DNA of 64,000 nt from Patescibacteria group bacterium (GCA_041653535.1 JBAZFH010000003.1:66771-130770), one strand, 5' to 3'; shown: positions 1 through 10,869, counted from the first letter of the stretch. Made by a program: numbers and translations. The notes: generated by a model from the letters alone, not told the origin.

Positions 1-2
1 AG

Positions 3-317
3 TCTTTTGATGAAAGCCTAAAGCTCGTATCGCATTGTCCGTTGTGTGATAATAGTTATAATTTTATGGAGGCGCGAGTTCTGGAAGAGAAGGAAGGGGC
101 GAGTCTGATATATATTCGTTGTCGTAAGTGCCAGAGCGCTATTTTAGCCTTGCTTTTTAATAATCAAATGGGCATCAGTTCGGTTGGCTTGGTTACCGAT
201 CTTAATCCCGAAGAAGTGCAGAAATTTCGGCAATACAAAGAAATAAACGAAGATGATATTTTGGAAAGTCATCAGCTCTTGCAAAAAATTGATAATGTGT
301 TAGAATTGGTAGGCTAA
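3..317 (+). CDS. Zinc-ribbon hypothetical protein. The reading frame is open to the window start, so it is 5'-partial or uses a non-ATG start (TTG at 42).
   Basis: Open frame from position 3 with no in-frame ATG before MEAR. Two CxxC pairs (HCPLC and CRKC). TAA stop at 315-317. Confidence 0.4.
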   Translation, partial: SFDESLKLVSHCPLCDNSYNFMEARVLEEKEGASLIYIRCRKCQSAILALLFNNQMGISSVGLVTDLNPEEVQKFRQYKEINEDDILESHQLLQKIDNVLELVG

Positions 318-372
318 TAATAAATAAACTAAAAAAGACTTTAAAATCAGTCTTTTTATATTATCAGATAAT

Positions 373-1005
373 ATGACTTTATTACTTGAAGCTAAGACCA
401 GAGAGCAAGTCGGAAAAAATATCGGAGAAGTTAGAGACAGCGGTTTTATTCCAGCGGTTTTGTATGGACACGGTATTACTAACCAAAGTTTATCCATTGG
501 TTATTCTCAGTTTGAAAAAATTTATAAAGAAGCGGGCGAAAGTTCTTTGGTGGATTTACAAGTTGATGGCGGAAAGACGGTTAAAGTTTTGGTTGCTGAT
601 GTCCAGTATGATGCCGTTAAACATTCTATTATTCATGCCGATCTTTACCAGGTTAAGATGGATGAAAAAATTAATGCCGCTATTCCCTTGGTGTTTTTTG
701 GCGAATCTCCCGTGGTTAAAGAGTTGGGCGGTACTATTGTTAATAGTATTGAAGAAATTGAAGTCAAATGTTTACCAGGGGATTTAGTCAAAGAAATTCG
801 CGTTGACATGCAGGCGCTTAAAACTTTTGAAGATAAAATTTTAGTTAAAGATTTGGAAGCTCCTTCCAATATAGAAGTGTTAACTGATCCAGAGGTTGTA
901 GTAGCTACCGCTGTTGCTGTTCGAGAAGAAAAAGAAGAAACCCCGGTTGCTGCTCCGGCAGAAACCCCGGTTGCTGCTCCGGCAGAAGATAAAAAAACTG
1001 AATAA
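373..1005 (+). CDS. rplY: 50S ribosomal protein L25 / general stress protein Ctc (bL25)
   Basis: Typical L25/Ctc N-terminus (LEAKTREQVGKN...GFIPAVLYG). Acidic Pro/Ala-rich C-terminal tail. Confidence 0.85.
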   Translation: MTLLLEAKTREQVGKNIGEVRDSGFIPAVLYGHGITNQSLSIGYSQFEKIYKEAGESSLVDLQVDGGKTVKVLVADVQYDAVKHSIIHADLYQVKMDEKINAAIPLVFFGESPVVKELGGTIVNSIEEIEVKCLPGDLVKEIRVDMQALKTFEDKILVKDLEAPSNIEVLTDPEVVVATAVAVREEKEETPVAAPAETPVAAPAEDKKTE

Positions 1006-1013
1006 TATTTGGC

Positions 1014-2057
1014 ATGAAAATAAAAAGTAAAAAAAATTATTATTTTATTATTATTTTATTAACAGCGGTTGTCTTTATGATAGCCGTTGTTTTGTTTTTT
1101 ATCCAAACTCCGCCAGAATTAATAACGGAAAACATAGTGCCGATCAAGATCGAACCTTGCAAAAATTTTCGTCTGATTGATGGTATTTGTGTCGAGTCTG
1201 GTAAAGAAGATATTAAACCAATTGCCGTGATGATTGAAAATCATTTTGAATCCTGGCCGCAGGCTGGTCTTGCTTCGGCGCAGCTAGTTTATGAAGCAGT
1301 AACCGAAGGGGCGATTTCTCGTTTTCTTGCCATTTATACTGACTATGAAAAAATAGAAAAAATAGGTCCAGTACGATCGGCACGTCCATATTTTATCGAT
1401 TGGGCGGAGGAATACGGTGCTTTGTATTTACATTGTGGCGGCAGTGTGGCAGCGTTGGAACAAGTCAAAAAAAGTGACAGCTTGGATGATGTTAACGAAT
1501 ATTATGCGGGAAAATATTTTTGGCGAGATCCCGGTAAGCCCAGTCCTCATAATATTTTTACTTCAGCAAATTTTTTAAATAAGTATTTGCAAGATTATAA
1601 AATAATAAATTACGGAAACTATCAGTCTTGGGTTTTTACTGACGAGGCGTCTTGGGACCAGCGAGGGAATGATTACGGCTATATCAGTTTTAATTATTCG
1701 CCGCACAGTACTTATTTGGTAGAGTGGTTTTATGACCGGCAGGATAATATTTATTATCGGGAGCACGCTGGCGAACGTCATCAAGACGATACCGGAAAAC
1801 AGATTATTGCAAAAAATATAGTTTTTCAGTTTGTTGAGACAAAAACGCTAGACAGTATCGGTCGTAAAGAGATGAAGACCGTTGGCTCGGGCAAGGCTTT
1901 GATTTTTCAAAATGGCAAATTAATAGAAGGAAAATGGAAAAAAGAAACACAAAAAGACCGGACTCGTTTTTATGATCCGGCTGAAACAGAGGTTGCTTTT
2001 GTTCGCGGCACAACCTGGATAGAAGTGGTGCCAACTGGCTGGCAAATCAACTATTAA
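1014..2057 (+). CDS. DUF3048 (YerB-like) domain protein with N-terminal TM anchor
   Basis: Motifs IAVMIENHFESWPQAGL and IGPVRSARPYFIDWAEEYGALYLHCGG resemble the DUF3048 family. N-terminal hydrophobic helix. Confidence 0.55.
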   Translation: MKIKSKKNYYFIIILLTAVVFMIAVVLFFIQTPPELITENIVPIKIEPCKNFRLIDGICVESGKEDIKPIAVMIENHFESWPQAGLASAQLVYEAVTEGAISRFLAIYTDYEKIEKIGPVRSARPYFIDWAEEYGALYLHCGGSVAALEQVKKSDSLDDVNEYYAGKYFWRDPGKPSPHNIFTSANFLNKYLQDYKIINYGNYQSWVFTDEASWDQRGNDYGYISFNYSPHSTYLVEWFYDRQDNIYYREHAGERHQDDTGKQIIAKNIVFQFVETKTLDSIGRKEMKTVGSGKALIFQNGKLIEGKWKKETQKDRTRFYDPAETEVAFVRGTTWIEVVPTGWQINY

Positions 2058-2920
2058 ATTATTTTTTTTAAAATTAAGACCCTGTCAAAATCACAGAGGT
2101 CTTTTTTTATGGTGGTTTTGTACCCGGGTAAATATTTAGTGCAGAGTTTTTGCAGGACTCGACCTTGATTATGTCCTATTTCCAGAAGAACGAAATTTGG
2201 TTGTTGTTTTCTTTTTGCCAGTTGGCTGAAGAATTTTTTAAATTTATCGAGTCCCTTGTCTCCGGCGTAAAGAGCGAGTGTTGGTTCAAATTTTAGACCA
2301 CGAGTTTCGGTAGAGCGTAATAGGTTTTTCATTTTTTTATCAAGGTAGGGGAGGTTGGCAACGATAATATCTAGCTTAATATTTTGCAAGGGACTTAGCA
2401 GGCTCCCTCTTTTAAAAATTAGCTGCTTGGTGGTTTTGTGCTCGGCGGAATTTTTTTTGGCGACCGTTAGGGCCAGAGAGGAAATATCCGTGGCATATAT
2501 TTTGGCATTGGGGGATTTTGTAGCGATAGTAATAGCAACACAACCGGAGCCAGTGCCGATGTCGGCAATAGTAATGGGTGGCTGGTAGTTGGCGTTTATA
2601 ATTTTTAAGGTTTCCTCAACGAGCAGTTCGGTTTCGGGACGGGGGACCAAGACGTGGCGATTAACAATGAAATCCAGACCGTAAAATTCTTTATGACCGG
2701 TTAAATAAGCAATTGGTTCGCCCGTTTTTCTTTTGGAAATTAGAAATTGTAAATTAGAAATTTGTTTTTTGGTGAGAACCGTCTCGGGATGGATCAAGAT
2801 AAATTCTTTCGGTTTTTTGAGTACATGTGCTAAAAGAATCTCGGCGTCGAGCGTGGGAGAAGATGATTTGGACTTTAGACGCTTAGTTGCGTCGTTGAGT
2901 ATTTTTGAGATGTTGGACAT
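2054..2920 (-). CDS. prmC: Release factor glutamine methyltransferase PrmC (HemK)
   Basis: SAM-methyltransferase motif DIGTGSGCVAI and the NPPY-like VANLPY motif. Located immediately downstream of prfA on the same strand. Confidence 0.85.
   Translation of the reverse strand: MSNISKILNDATKRLKSKSSSPTLDAEILLAHVLKKPKEFILIHPETVLTKKQISNLQFLISKRKTGEPIAYLTGHKEFYGLDFIVNRHVLVPRPETELLVEETLKIINANYQPPITIADIGTGSGCVAITIATKSPNAKIYATDISSLALTVAKKNSAEHKTTKQLIFKRGSLLSPLQNIKLDIIVANLPYLDKKMKNLLRSTETRGLKFEPTLALYAGDKGLDKFKKFFSQLAKRKQQPNFVLLEIGHNQGRVLQKLCTKYLPGYKTTIKKDLCDFDRVLILKKII
2075..2111. terminator. Bidirectional intrinsic terminator between the convergent DUF3048 gene and prmC
   Basis: aagacc...ggtctt stem flanked by A and T runs (taagaccctgtcaaaatcacagaggtcttttttt). 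Confidence 0.5.
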
Positions 2921-2989
2921 AGAGACTGGGTATGTAGTATACGGTATACGGTATACAGGAACTTAGTCTATTTCCTATATACTGTATAC

Positions 2990-4039
2990 TTACCCCTGCA
3001 TACTTTCCTTAGCGGCTTTTTTGAGAGCATTAATTATCTCAGTAATATCGCCATCAAGCATCTTGTCGATCCCGTGCCAGCTCTCTTTGATGCGATGATC
3101 AGTGATTCTGTCCTGAGGAAAGTTGTAAGTACGGATTTTTTCACTACGATCACCAGTACCGATTTGGTTTTTGCGAGTGGCGGCTAGCTTTTTTTGTTTC
3201 TCTTCTTCTCGGGCGGCGAGTAGGCGAGAGCGCAGTACTTGCATGGCTTTTTCCCTGTTTTGTAGCTGACTGCGTTCATCTTGGCAGGAAACCACTAACC
3301 CGGTAGGTATATGAGTGATGCGGACCGCTGAATAAGTGGTGTTAACGCTTTGACCGCCGTGACCGCCGGCACAAAAAGTATCGATACGTAAATCCTTTTG
3401 ATTTATTTCGACGTCAATTTCTTCGGCTTCTGGCATTACGGCTACGGTTGCAGCCGAGGTATGAATACGACCACTTTTTTCAGTTTCTGGCACACGTTGA
3501 ACGCGGTGAACACCGCTTTCATATTTGAGATTGCCATAAACATTTTTGCCGTTTACTTCAAAAATTACTTCTTTATATCCGCCAATACCAATACGGCTAG
3601 CAGAAACGATCTTGGTTTTCCAAGCGTTTTTTTCAGCATAACGGCTGTACATACGAAAAAGATCAGCGGCAAAGAGAGCTGATTCGTCACCGCCCGTACC
3701 GGCACGAATTTCTATAATGATGTTTTTTTTATCCAACGGGTCGGCGGGATTGAGCAGTTCAGTTATTTGTGAATTAATCAATTTTTTTCTTTCCTGCAAT
3801 TCAAAAAGGTCAGCCTGAGCCAGTTCGCTCATTTCGCTGTCGCCGCTTTTTATCAAATTTTCATTTTCGATAATCTCCCTATCTATTCCTTCTAGCTCGG
3901 TAATTTTGCCAACGACCTCTTTGAGTTCGTTGTATTTTTGGGAAATTTTTTTCATTTCTTCACGGTTATTGGCGATCGACGGATTTTGCAACTGCTGTTC
4001 TATTTCAGAATATTGGTTTTTAGCTTCTTGTATAGTCAT
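2990..4039 (-). CDS. prfA: Peptide chain release factor 1
   Basis: GGQ motif ([12 protein letters not shown]). PET tripeptide (PxT-type, RF1-like rather than the SPF of RF2) in [14 protein letters not shown]. Confidence 0.9.
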   Translation of the reverse strand: MTIQEAKNQYSEIEQQLQNPSIANNREEMKKISQKYNELKEVVGKITELEGIDREIIENENLIKSGDSEMSELAQADLFELQERKKLINSQITELLNPADPLDKKNIIIEIRAGTGGDESALFAADLFRMYSRYAEKNAWKTKIVSASRIGIGGYKEVIFEVNGKNVYGNLKYESGVHRVQRVPETEKSGRIHTSAATVAVMPEAEEIDVEINQKDLRIDTFCAGGHGGQSVNTTYSAVRITHIPTGLVVSCQDERSQLQNREKAMQVLRSRLLAAREEEKQKKLAATRKNQIGTGDRSEKIRTYNFPQDRITDHRIKESWHGIDKMLDGDITEIINALKKAAKESMQG

Positions 4040-4122
4040 ATTATTTTTTTAACTATTTAAAAACCCGCTTCTATTCTATCACAAATAAGTCATGATAAAA
4101 ACAAAGCGGGAAAATATCAAAT

Positions 4123-4422
4123 TTACTTTTTTGATTTAACCTTCTTTTCGTTAGTTTTTTTAGCGGCGGCTTTTTTGGCGTGTTTTGTTTTTTTACTGCC
4201 TCGGGTTTGAGCAGCAGTAACAGCCCTTTCAGCGCGTTGTTTAAACTTATCGACGCGTCTAGCGGTATCGACTAATTTTTGGGTTCCAGTATAGAAGGGA
4301 TGACACATAGAGCAGAGCTCGGTGTGAATCTCCTCAGTGGTCGAGCCAACGGTAAAAGTATTGCCACAGGCGCAAATTACCTTAGCATTTTTGTGATATT
4401 TGGGATGAATATCTTTTTTCAT
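4123..4422 (-). CDS. rpmE: 50S ribosomal protein L31
   Basis: MKKDIHPKY start. CxC...CxxC zinc motif. Lys-rich tail. Confidence 0.9.
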   Translation of the reverse strand: MKKDIHPKYHKNAKVICACGNTFTVGSTTEEIHTELCSMCHPFYTGTQKLVDTARRVDKFKQRAERAVTAAQTRGSKKTKHAKKAAAKKTNEKKVKSKK

Positions 4423-4543
4423 AAATTTTTAATTCTTTTGTGATCCTTGCCTTGCCAGTGGACATCTGGCCGGTCGGATTAACTGTGTTATTTCGTAAGT
4501 GGTTAAAAGTATAACACGTGATTTTTAAAAAAGCAATACTTGG

Positions 4544-4990
4544 TTATTTTTTGCCAGAACGTTTAAGATAAAGACTTTTTATTTCGCGAGTTAGGGCAAA
4601 AATGGTTAAAATAGCGATATAAGTGGCTGCCAGGTCGTGATTAACGTAAAGTTGCTTATCGTATGCCGCCATAGCCACAAAAACAAGCATTAATATAGTC
4701 CATGTTAAAACATAAAACTCGCCATAGCGAACTGAGCTATGAATATTGTTCCAGCGTTGAAACTCTTTAGTGCCGACATAAATGGTAAGGACCCCAATAT
4801 AAATAATAGCTAGGTTGGTCGTTAGTTCTGGATGGGGATAAGCGTTTATAAATTCATAGGTAAAAACCACCATTGCAGCCATTGACCACGTATTTACCAG
4901 GACTCGCCAAATAGATGCCGGAATGAGTTCGGCAATTGTTTCTGGTAAGCTGTTTATCAAATCGGTAGTTTTTTGTAATTTTCCATTCAT
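4544..4990 (-). CDS. Hypothetical membrane protein with 4 predicted TM helices. Start trimmed to the internal Met (MNGKLQK).
   Basis: The hydrophobic helices lie after MNGK. The upstream extension of the ORF-track call runs into the divergent promoter region. Confidence 0.45.
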   Translation of the reverse strand: MNGKLQKTTDLINSLPETIAELIPASIWRVLVNTWSMAAMVVFTYEFINAYPHPELTTNLAIIYIGVLTIYVGTKEFQRWNNIHSSVRYGEFYVLTWTILMLVFVAMAAYDKQLYVNHDLAATYIAILTIFALTREIKSLYLKRSGKK

Positions 4991-5123
4991 ATTATTTTTC
5001 TTTATATTATAGTAGTAAAATTGGTTAAAAAAATCCAGTTGTCGATCCTTGACAGTGGATAGGAAAGGAGTATAATAAAAAAATACCGACCGATGGTCGG
5101 TTTCCGGCAGCAAAATAGTAAAT

Positions 5124-5816
5124 ATGGTCAATGTTAAAAAGGTAAAGAAGATAAATAAATCCGAGTTGACTCGTGATGAGCTGCTTAATATTGCCGAAAA
5201 ATCTTTTGTTAAAAAAGGATATAATCAGACCAGTATTAATGATATTGTTAAGATCGTTAAAGTATCTAAAGGCGGGTTTTATCACCATTTTTCTAGTAAG
5301 GAAGAGCTGTTGTCGGGAATTCTCGATCGTCATCTGATTGGACTAAAAAAAAGTATTCAACAAATAGTGGATGATAAAAAAATTAACGGTGCGGAAAAGC
5401 TCAAGCTTTATTTTTATCAGAGTTGGGATTTTATGCGTCCCAAAAGAATGTTATTTATAGATTTATTTTACAATACTCGTGACCCATTTATTAACGATGA
5501 ATTGTGTGCTAAAATCAAAAAAAACCTTGTTCCGCTTTTTATAAAGATTGTAGAGCAGGCAGCGAAGGAGGACGCGTTGGATTGTCCTTATCCGGCGGAA
5601 ACAGTAGAGCTGATTATTGACGCGAGAACGACTTTGGTTAAATTGCCGCACAAGACGTTGCATGACAAAGAAGTGTTATTTCGTTATTTTGCCGCTTTTA
5701 AAAATTTGGTTGATAAATCGCTTGGTATTAAAAAAGAAATATTTGGTAAAAATATCAGTGAGGCGATATTAAAACAGGCTAGTTTTATAAATAAATATCA
5801 TAAAGATAAAGAGTAA
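5124..5816 (+). CDS. TetR/AcrR-family transcriptional regulator
   Basis: N-terminal HTH signature (LLNIAEKSFVKKGYNQTSINDIVK...SKGGFYHHFSSKEEL). Located directly upstream of the efflux operon. Confidence 0.75.
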   Translation: MVNVKKVKKINKSELTRDELLNIAEKSFVKKGYNQTSINDIVKIVKVSKGGFYHHFSSKEELLSGILDRHLIGLKKSIQQIVDDKKINGAEKLKLYFYQSWDFMRPKRMLFIDLFYNTRDPFINDELCAKIKKNLVPLFIKIVEQAAKEDALDCPYPAETVELIIDARTTLVKLPHKTLHDKEVLFRYFAAFKNLVDKSLGIKKEIFGKNISEAILKQASFINKYHKDKE

Positions 5817-5822
5817 AAAGCT

Positions 5823-7496
5823 ATGAAAAAAAGAAATAAGGTTATTTTAATTATCATTGCCGTTTTGGTTGTTGTTGCTGTTGTTTATTTTGGTTTTCTT
5901 AAAAAAGCACCAATGACCGAGTATGTTACGGCTAAGGTAGAAAAAGGAAATCTGGTACAGACCGTGTCGGCTACCGGCTCGGTGAAAAGCACTGAAACAA
6001 TTGATTTAAATTTTGCGGCAACCGGTCGAATAGTATTTTTGCCGGTTAAGGTTGGCGACAAGGTGGCTGCCGGGCAAGCTTTAGCGCGACTCGATTCTTC
6101 TGATTTGTCCAGTCAGCTGCGACAGGCTCAAGCTAGCCTAGCTTCAGCGCAAGCGAATTTAAATAAACTGGTGGCCGGCGCTACAGTCGAAGACGTGAAT
6201 GTCACTTCGCAGCAGGTAGATTCGGCTCGCGTGGCTTATCTGGCTGCTTTGGTTGATCTGGAAAACGCTAAGAAAGATAAGGATAAAAATTTGGAAGCAC
6301 TGCGCGCTACCGCCGTTAGCGATTTAAACAATTATTTATTCAAGGCTAAGGCAGCGATGGACACGGTTTATAACACCATAAATGATAATGACGCCAAAGA
6401 TACTTTTAGTGATAAAAATTCTCAGTTAAAAATTGATCTGGAATTACAGCGGGTAGCTGCTAATCAGGCCGTTGCTGACGCTGAGCCGTATGTTTTGCAA
6501 GCAAGTAGCCTTGGCACTATTGTTGCCGCGGAAAACGCTCTGACCAAAGAATTTTATGCACTTAATCAGGTTAATAATGCTTTAGACTTAACTTTTAATG
6601 CGTTATTAAACACACCGACTAGTTCGACTTTTACAACAACCGAACTTGATACCCTGAAAACCAGCGTTCGTTCCGATCAAACAATAATTGCTACTGGCAT
6701 TACTACAATCGGGACGGACAAGTCTAATCTGCAAACCAAAGAAAATTATTATAATAATCAGATTGATTCAGCTCAGTCATTGGCAGATAAAGCTAAAACC
6801 GCCCTGGACTTAGCCGAAGCCCAGCTGCTTTTCAAAAAAGCGCCAACTCGTTCGGAGGATATAGAATATCAACATTCGGTGGTAAAACAAGCCGAAGCCC
6901 AGGTCGGGTCTATTTCTAGCAGAATTACAGATCGTATTATTACCGCCCCAGTTGACGGTATTATTACGGCGGTTAATAACGCTGTTGGCGAAACCGCTGG
7001 TGCTAGCGCTGGATCGGTGATAGTTATGTTGCCCAACAATCCTTACTATATTGAGGTTGATATTTCTGAAGCTGACATTGCTAAACTAAAATTGGGCAAT
7101 AAAGCTACTTACACTCTTGATTCTTATGGTAGTGATGTGAAATTTAGCGGGCAGATATTAGCTATTGATCCCGCCGAGACGGTAATTTCGGGCGTGGTTT
7201 ATTATCGGGTTAAAGTTGACCTAGGACAGTCTGATAAAGAAATTAAATCTGGTATGACCGCTAATATTGATATAGTGGCAGCAGAAAAAAATGATGTTTT
7301 ATATATCCCGCAACGCGCGGTAAAAAATAAAGACGGCAAAAAAGTGGTTGAGGTGATGATCGATAAAACTAAGAATGAGGTTGTCGAAAAGGTTGTTGAG
7401 ATCGGATTAAAGGCAGACGATGGTTTGATCGAAATCGTTTCGGGGTTAAATCAAGCTGAAGAAATTGTGGTTTACGTAAAAAATGCCAGCAAATAA
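5823..7496 (+). CDS. Efflux periplasmic adaptor (HlyD/MacA family) with an unusually long coiled-coil insert
   Basis: N-terminal TM segment. Biotinyl-lipoyl-like motif (VSATGSVKS...GRIVFLPVKVGDKV). Long alpha-helical middle region. C-terminal beta-barrel motifs (YIPQRAV). Confidence 0.7.
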   Translation: MKKRNKVILIIIAVLVVVAVVYFGFLKKAPMTEYVTAKVEKGNLVQTVSATGSVKSTETIDLNFAATGRIVFLPVKVGDKVAAGQALARLDSSDLSSQLRQAQASLASAQANLNKLVAGATVEDVNVTSQQVDSARVAYLAALVDLENAKKDKDKNLEALRATAVSDLNNYLFKAKAAMDTVYNTINDNDAKDTFSDKNSQLKIDLELQRVAANQAVADAEPYVLQASSLGTIVAAENALTKEFYALNQVNNALDLTFNALLNTPTSSTFTTTELDTLKTSVRSDQTIIATGITTIGTDKSNLQTKENYYNNQIDSAQSLADKAKTALDLAEAQLLFKKAPTRSEDIEYQHSVVKQAEAQVGSISSRITDRIITAPVDGIITAVNNAVGETAGASAGSVIVMLPNNPYYIEVDISEADIAKLKLGNKATYTLDSYGSDVKFSGQILAIDPAETVISGVVYYRVKVDLGQSDKEIKSGMTANIDIVAAEKNDVLYIPQRAVKNKDGKKVVEVMIDKTKNEVVEKVVEIGLKADDGLIEIVSGLNQAEEIVVYVKNASK

Positions 7497-7499
7497 TCT

Positions 7500-8225
7500 A
7501 TGGCAATTCCTATAATAAAATTAGTCGATCTCAAGAAAGATTACGTCAGCGAAGAAATTATCACCTCTGTTTTGAGAGGGGTTAGTTTTGAAATACAGGC
7601 TGGTGAGTTTGTGGCGATTATGGGTCCGTCAGGGTCTGGCAAATCAACACTGATGCATATTTTAGGCTTTTTGGACCGCGCTAGTGGCGGAGATTATTTT
7701 CTTAAAGGTGGAAATGTTAAAGATATTCCTGATGAAGAAATGGCGAGTGTTCGTCTTAACAATATTGGTTTTATTTTTCAGTCATTTAATCTTTTGCCTA
7801 GGCTGTCGGCTCTAGATAATGTTATCTTGCCGTTAATTTATAATAAAAAAGTTAAAATATCCGATCGCAAAAAAATCGCTCAAAAAGAGTTAGAAGCGGT
7901 TGGTTTGGGACATCGTCTGAATTATTTGGCTAATCAATTGTCCGGTGGTGAAAAACAGCGAGTAGCTATTGCTCGAGCCCTAATCAATGATCCGGAAATA
8001 ATTTTTGCCGATGAACCGACGGGTAACCTAGATAGTAAATCCGGCGAACAAGTGATGGAGATATTGGAAAAGCTTAATGATGGTGGTAAAACTATTATTT
8101 TAGTTACTCATGAAAGCGATACTGCTGATCATGCCAAAAGAGTGATTAAAATCAGGGATGGGTCTATAGTTGGTGACGCTATAGTTAATAACCGCAAATT
8201 TGCCAAAGACGGACTCAATAAATAA
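7500..8225 (+). CDS. ABC transporter ATP-binding protein (MacB/LolD-like)
   Basis: Walker [13 protein letters not shown] signature [15 protein letters not shown]. Walker [13 protein letters not shown]. Confidence 0.9.
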   Translation: MAIPIIKLVDLKKDYVSEEIITSVLRGVSFEIQAGEFVAIMGPSGSGKSTLMHILGFLDRASGGDYFLKGGNVKDIPDEEMASVRLNNIGFIFQSFNLLPRLSALDNVILPLIYNKKVKISDRKKIAQKELEAVGLGHRLNYLANQLSGGEKQRVAIARALINDPEIIFADEPTGNLDSKSGEQVMEILEKLNDGGKTIILVTHESDTADHAKRVIKIRDGSIVGDAIVNNRKFAKDGLNK

Positions 8226-8227
8226 CT

Positions 8228-9457
8228 ATGTATATAAGTGATGCAATAAAGATTGCGGAAAAGGCCCTGCTTACCAATAAAAAGCGGGCTGTTTTGACTA
8301 TTCTCGGCATTGTTATCGGTATCACCGCCGTGATTGTTATTATGGCGGTTGGCGCTGGCGCCCAAAGTTTGATTGTTAACCAGATCAATAGTTTGGGTTC
8401 GAATTTAGTTGGCATACTGCCAGGTGGTGGAGATGAAAAAAGCCCTCCGGCTTTTGCTTTTGGTATTGTTATTACTACTCTAAAAAATGAAGATATTGAT
8501 GCTATTAGGCGAGAATTGCCAGAAGTAGTAGCTGCTTCTGGTATTGTAACGACCGACGAGGTTGTTTCTTATGAGGAAGAAGCTAATAGTTATACGATTA
8601 TCGGTGGTTCAGCGGAATTTCCCACGGTTAATGATTTAGAAATTGATGAAGGTCGCTGGTTTTCGGGAGAGGAAGAGAGAGGTCTTGGCAGGGTGGCTAT
8701 TATTGGCAGTCAGATAAAAGAAGAAATTTTTCCTGACGAGGATCCGATTGGTCATAAGATAAAAATTAAAAAAGAATCTTTTACCATTATCGGCTATACC
8801 AAACCAAAGGGGTCGGCGATGGGTCAAAGTTTTGACAAGACTGTTTACTTGCCAGTTTCTTCGGGGCAAAAATTGATAATGGGAATAGATTATCTAAATT
8901 ACGCTAGGATTAAAATTGATACTGCTGAAAATATCGAACCGACAATTTTGGAAATGGAAAGAATTTTGCGCCAGCGTCATAATATTGATAATCCCGAAGA
9001 CGACGATTTTAGTGTTCGTAATCAAGCGGCAGCATTAGACACTTTAACCAGCATTACCGACTATTTGAGATTTTTTCTAGCTGCTATTGCCGCGATTGCT
9101 TTGCTCGTCGGCGGTATTGGTATTATGAATATCATGCTGGTTTCGGTAACAGAAAGGACCCGTGAAATTGGGTTGCGTAAGGCGGTTGGGGCGGCAGAGG
9201 AGCAAATTTTATTACAATTTTTGCTTGAGGCGGTATTTTTGACTTTTATCGCTGGTATTATCGGAATAATTTTAGGCGGTCTGATCTCTTTATTTATTTC
9301 GTTTGTTATGAATTACCTTGGTTATAGCTGGAGTTTTGTTATTTCTTTTTCATCGATTATTATCGGCGTGGGTGTGGCTGGGGTAATTGGACTAGTTTTT
9401 GGCTACTACCCGGCGCTTCGCGCAGCAAAGTTAGATCCGATAGATTCTTTGAGATAG
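8228..9457 (+). CDS. ABC transporter permease, FtsX/MacB family
   Basis: N-terminal TM segment, large periplasmic domain, 3 C-terminal TM helices. Conserved motif SVTERTREIGLRKAVGA. Confidence 0.8.
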   Translation: MYISDAIKIAEKALLTNKKRAVLTILGIVIGITAVIVIMAVGAGAQSLIVNQINSLGSNLVGILPGGGDEKSPPAFAFGIVITTLKNEDIDAIRRELPEVVAASGIVTTDEVVSYEEEANSYTIIGGSAEFPTVNDLEIDEGRWFSGEEERGLGRVAIIGSQIKEEIFPDEDPIGHKIKIKKESFTIIGYTKPKGSAMGQSFDKTVYLPVSSGQKLIMGIDYLNYARIKIDTAENIEPTILEMERILRQRHNIDNPEDDDFSVRNQAAALDTLTSITDYLRFFLAAIAAIALLVGGIGIMNIMLVSVTERTREIGLRKAVGAAEEQILLQFLLEAVFLTFIAGIIGIILGGLISLFISFVMNYLGYSWSFVISFSSIIIGVGVAGVIGLVFGYYPALRAAKLDPIDSLR

Positions 9458-9508
9458 GTATTGAAAATTAAATAGCAAGGACTATAAAAAGGTTATACGC
9501 TAAGTATT

Positions 9509-10741
9509 ATGTATTATATTATCGATCAAATAAAAGCGACGATCGTTACACTACGGGCCAATAAGGGTCGGTCGATTTTGACTTTGCTCGGAATCGTGAT
9601 TGGTATTACTTCGGTGATTATGGTTTTTTCGGCTGGGCAGGCGTTGCAAGCTTTTATTGATGGTCAAATGGATTCTTTTGGTAGTAATTATATCCAAATA
9701 GAGCCGCGGACTCCCGGCAAGAAACAGATGGAAGGGGTTGGTCCGAATGTTGTTACCACGCTTAAGGAAAAAGATCGGATTGATATTTTAAAAATATCAA
9801 ATATTCGAACAGCTTATAGCGCTGTTATGGGTCAAGAAAAAGCCTCTCGCGAATCTGAGTCGGAGAAACTAATGATTTGGGGGGTGTCTAGCGAATTTTT
9901 TGATATTGATACCGGTGAGATAGATATTGGTCGGCCTTTTAGTATCGAGGAGAATGCCAGCCAGGCAAAGGTGGTGTTGTTAGGCAGCGAAGCTAAAGAT
10001 AAATTTTTTGGTACCAGTGACGCTCTTGGTCAAAGCATTAGGGTTGCTAATCAAAATTTTACAGTCGTCGGCGTTTATAAGCCGCGAGGATCTTTGTCTT
10101 TTTTTAACATGGATAAGATGCTGGTAATGCCGGTGAAAACTTTGCAAAAAGAAATTTTGGGTATCGATTATCTGGTTTGGATCACCGCTCAGGTTGAAGA
10201 TAATTCTCAGAGCGAATATACGGCTTCGCAAATCATTGACGTGTTACGAAACAATCACAATATTACTGATCCGGATCGTGACGATTTTGAAGCAGTGACT
10301 CAAGAGCAAGCCAAGCAGATTATCAATACAGTGGTTAACGGTATTACCGCGTTGCTTTTAGTATTGGTAGCGATTTCGCTGCTTGTCGGCGGGGTAGGAA
10401 TCATGAACATTATGTATGTTTCGGTGACCGAGCGAACCTACGAAATTGGTCTGCGAAAAGCCGTTGGAGCAACACCAGGAAATATCTTAACCCAATTTTT
10501 GCTGGAAGCCGTAACTTTAACTTTCACCGGCGGGATAGTGGGAGTGGTTCTTGGTTCGATTTTATCTTTTACCATTTCTTTGGTCGCCACTTATCTTGGA
10601 TTCAATTGGAGTTTTGACTTGCCAATAAACGGTATTATTATTTCTTGTATTTTTTCTATTGCCGTTGGTTTGATTTTCGGTCTTTATCCGGCAAAAAAGG
10701 CAGCGGCGCTGGATCCGGTGGAGGCTTTGAGGAGTGAGTAG
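9509..10741 (+). CDS. ABC transporter permease, FtsX/MacB family (second paralog)
   Basis: Same architecture as the preceding permease. Motif SVTERTYEIGLRKAVGA. Confidence 0.8.
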   Translation: MYYIIDQIKATIVTLRANKGRSILTLLGIVIGITSVIMVFSAGQALQAFIDGQMDSFGSNYIQIEPRTPGKKQMEGVGPNVVTTLKEKDRIDILKISNIRTAYSAVMGQEKASRESESEKLMIWGVSSEFFDIDTGEIDIGRPFSIEENASQAKVVLLGSEAKDKFFGTSDALGQSIRVANQNFTVVGVYKPRGSLSFFNMDKMLVMPVKTLQKEILGIDYLVWITAQVEDNSQSEYTASQIIDVLRNNHNITDPDRDDFEAVTQEQAKQIINTVVNGITALLLVLVAISLLVGGVGIMNIMYVSVTERTYEIGLRKAVGATPGNILTQFLLEAVTLTFTGGIVGVVLGSILSFTISLVATYLGFNWSFDLPINGIIISCIFSIAVGLIFGLYPAKKAAALDPVEALRSE

Positions 10742-10823
10742 GAAGTAGTGGATACTAACTGGTAGGCAACAAATAGTAAGTAGCGAATCGCAGCCTTGAA
10801 TGGTTGTTTTTTAGTTTGTTTTT

Positions 10824-10869
10824 TGACCAGATTCAGGCTTGCTAAAACCCTATAATTAGCAGTCTTGAC
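10824..10869 (+). repeat. Distal copy of a 46-56 bp promoter-like direct repeat (gtttgttttttgaccagatt[c/t]aggcttgctaaaa[c/t]cctataattagcagtcttgac). It carries only the left CIRCE half-site.
   Basis: Near-identical to 10996-11050 (2 mismatches over the core). Contains TTGACC, TATAAT and TTAGCAGTC. Confidence 0.6.

Noticed and set aside
2990-4039. Possibility of an alternative genetic code (UGA as a sense codon, as in Gracilibacteria/SR1) given that only RF1 is visible
   Set aside because: All conserved genes are full length under the standard code with no TGA-interrupted alignments, and most genes end in TAA or TAG simply because of the AT-rich composition. RF2 may be encoded elsewhere.
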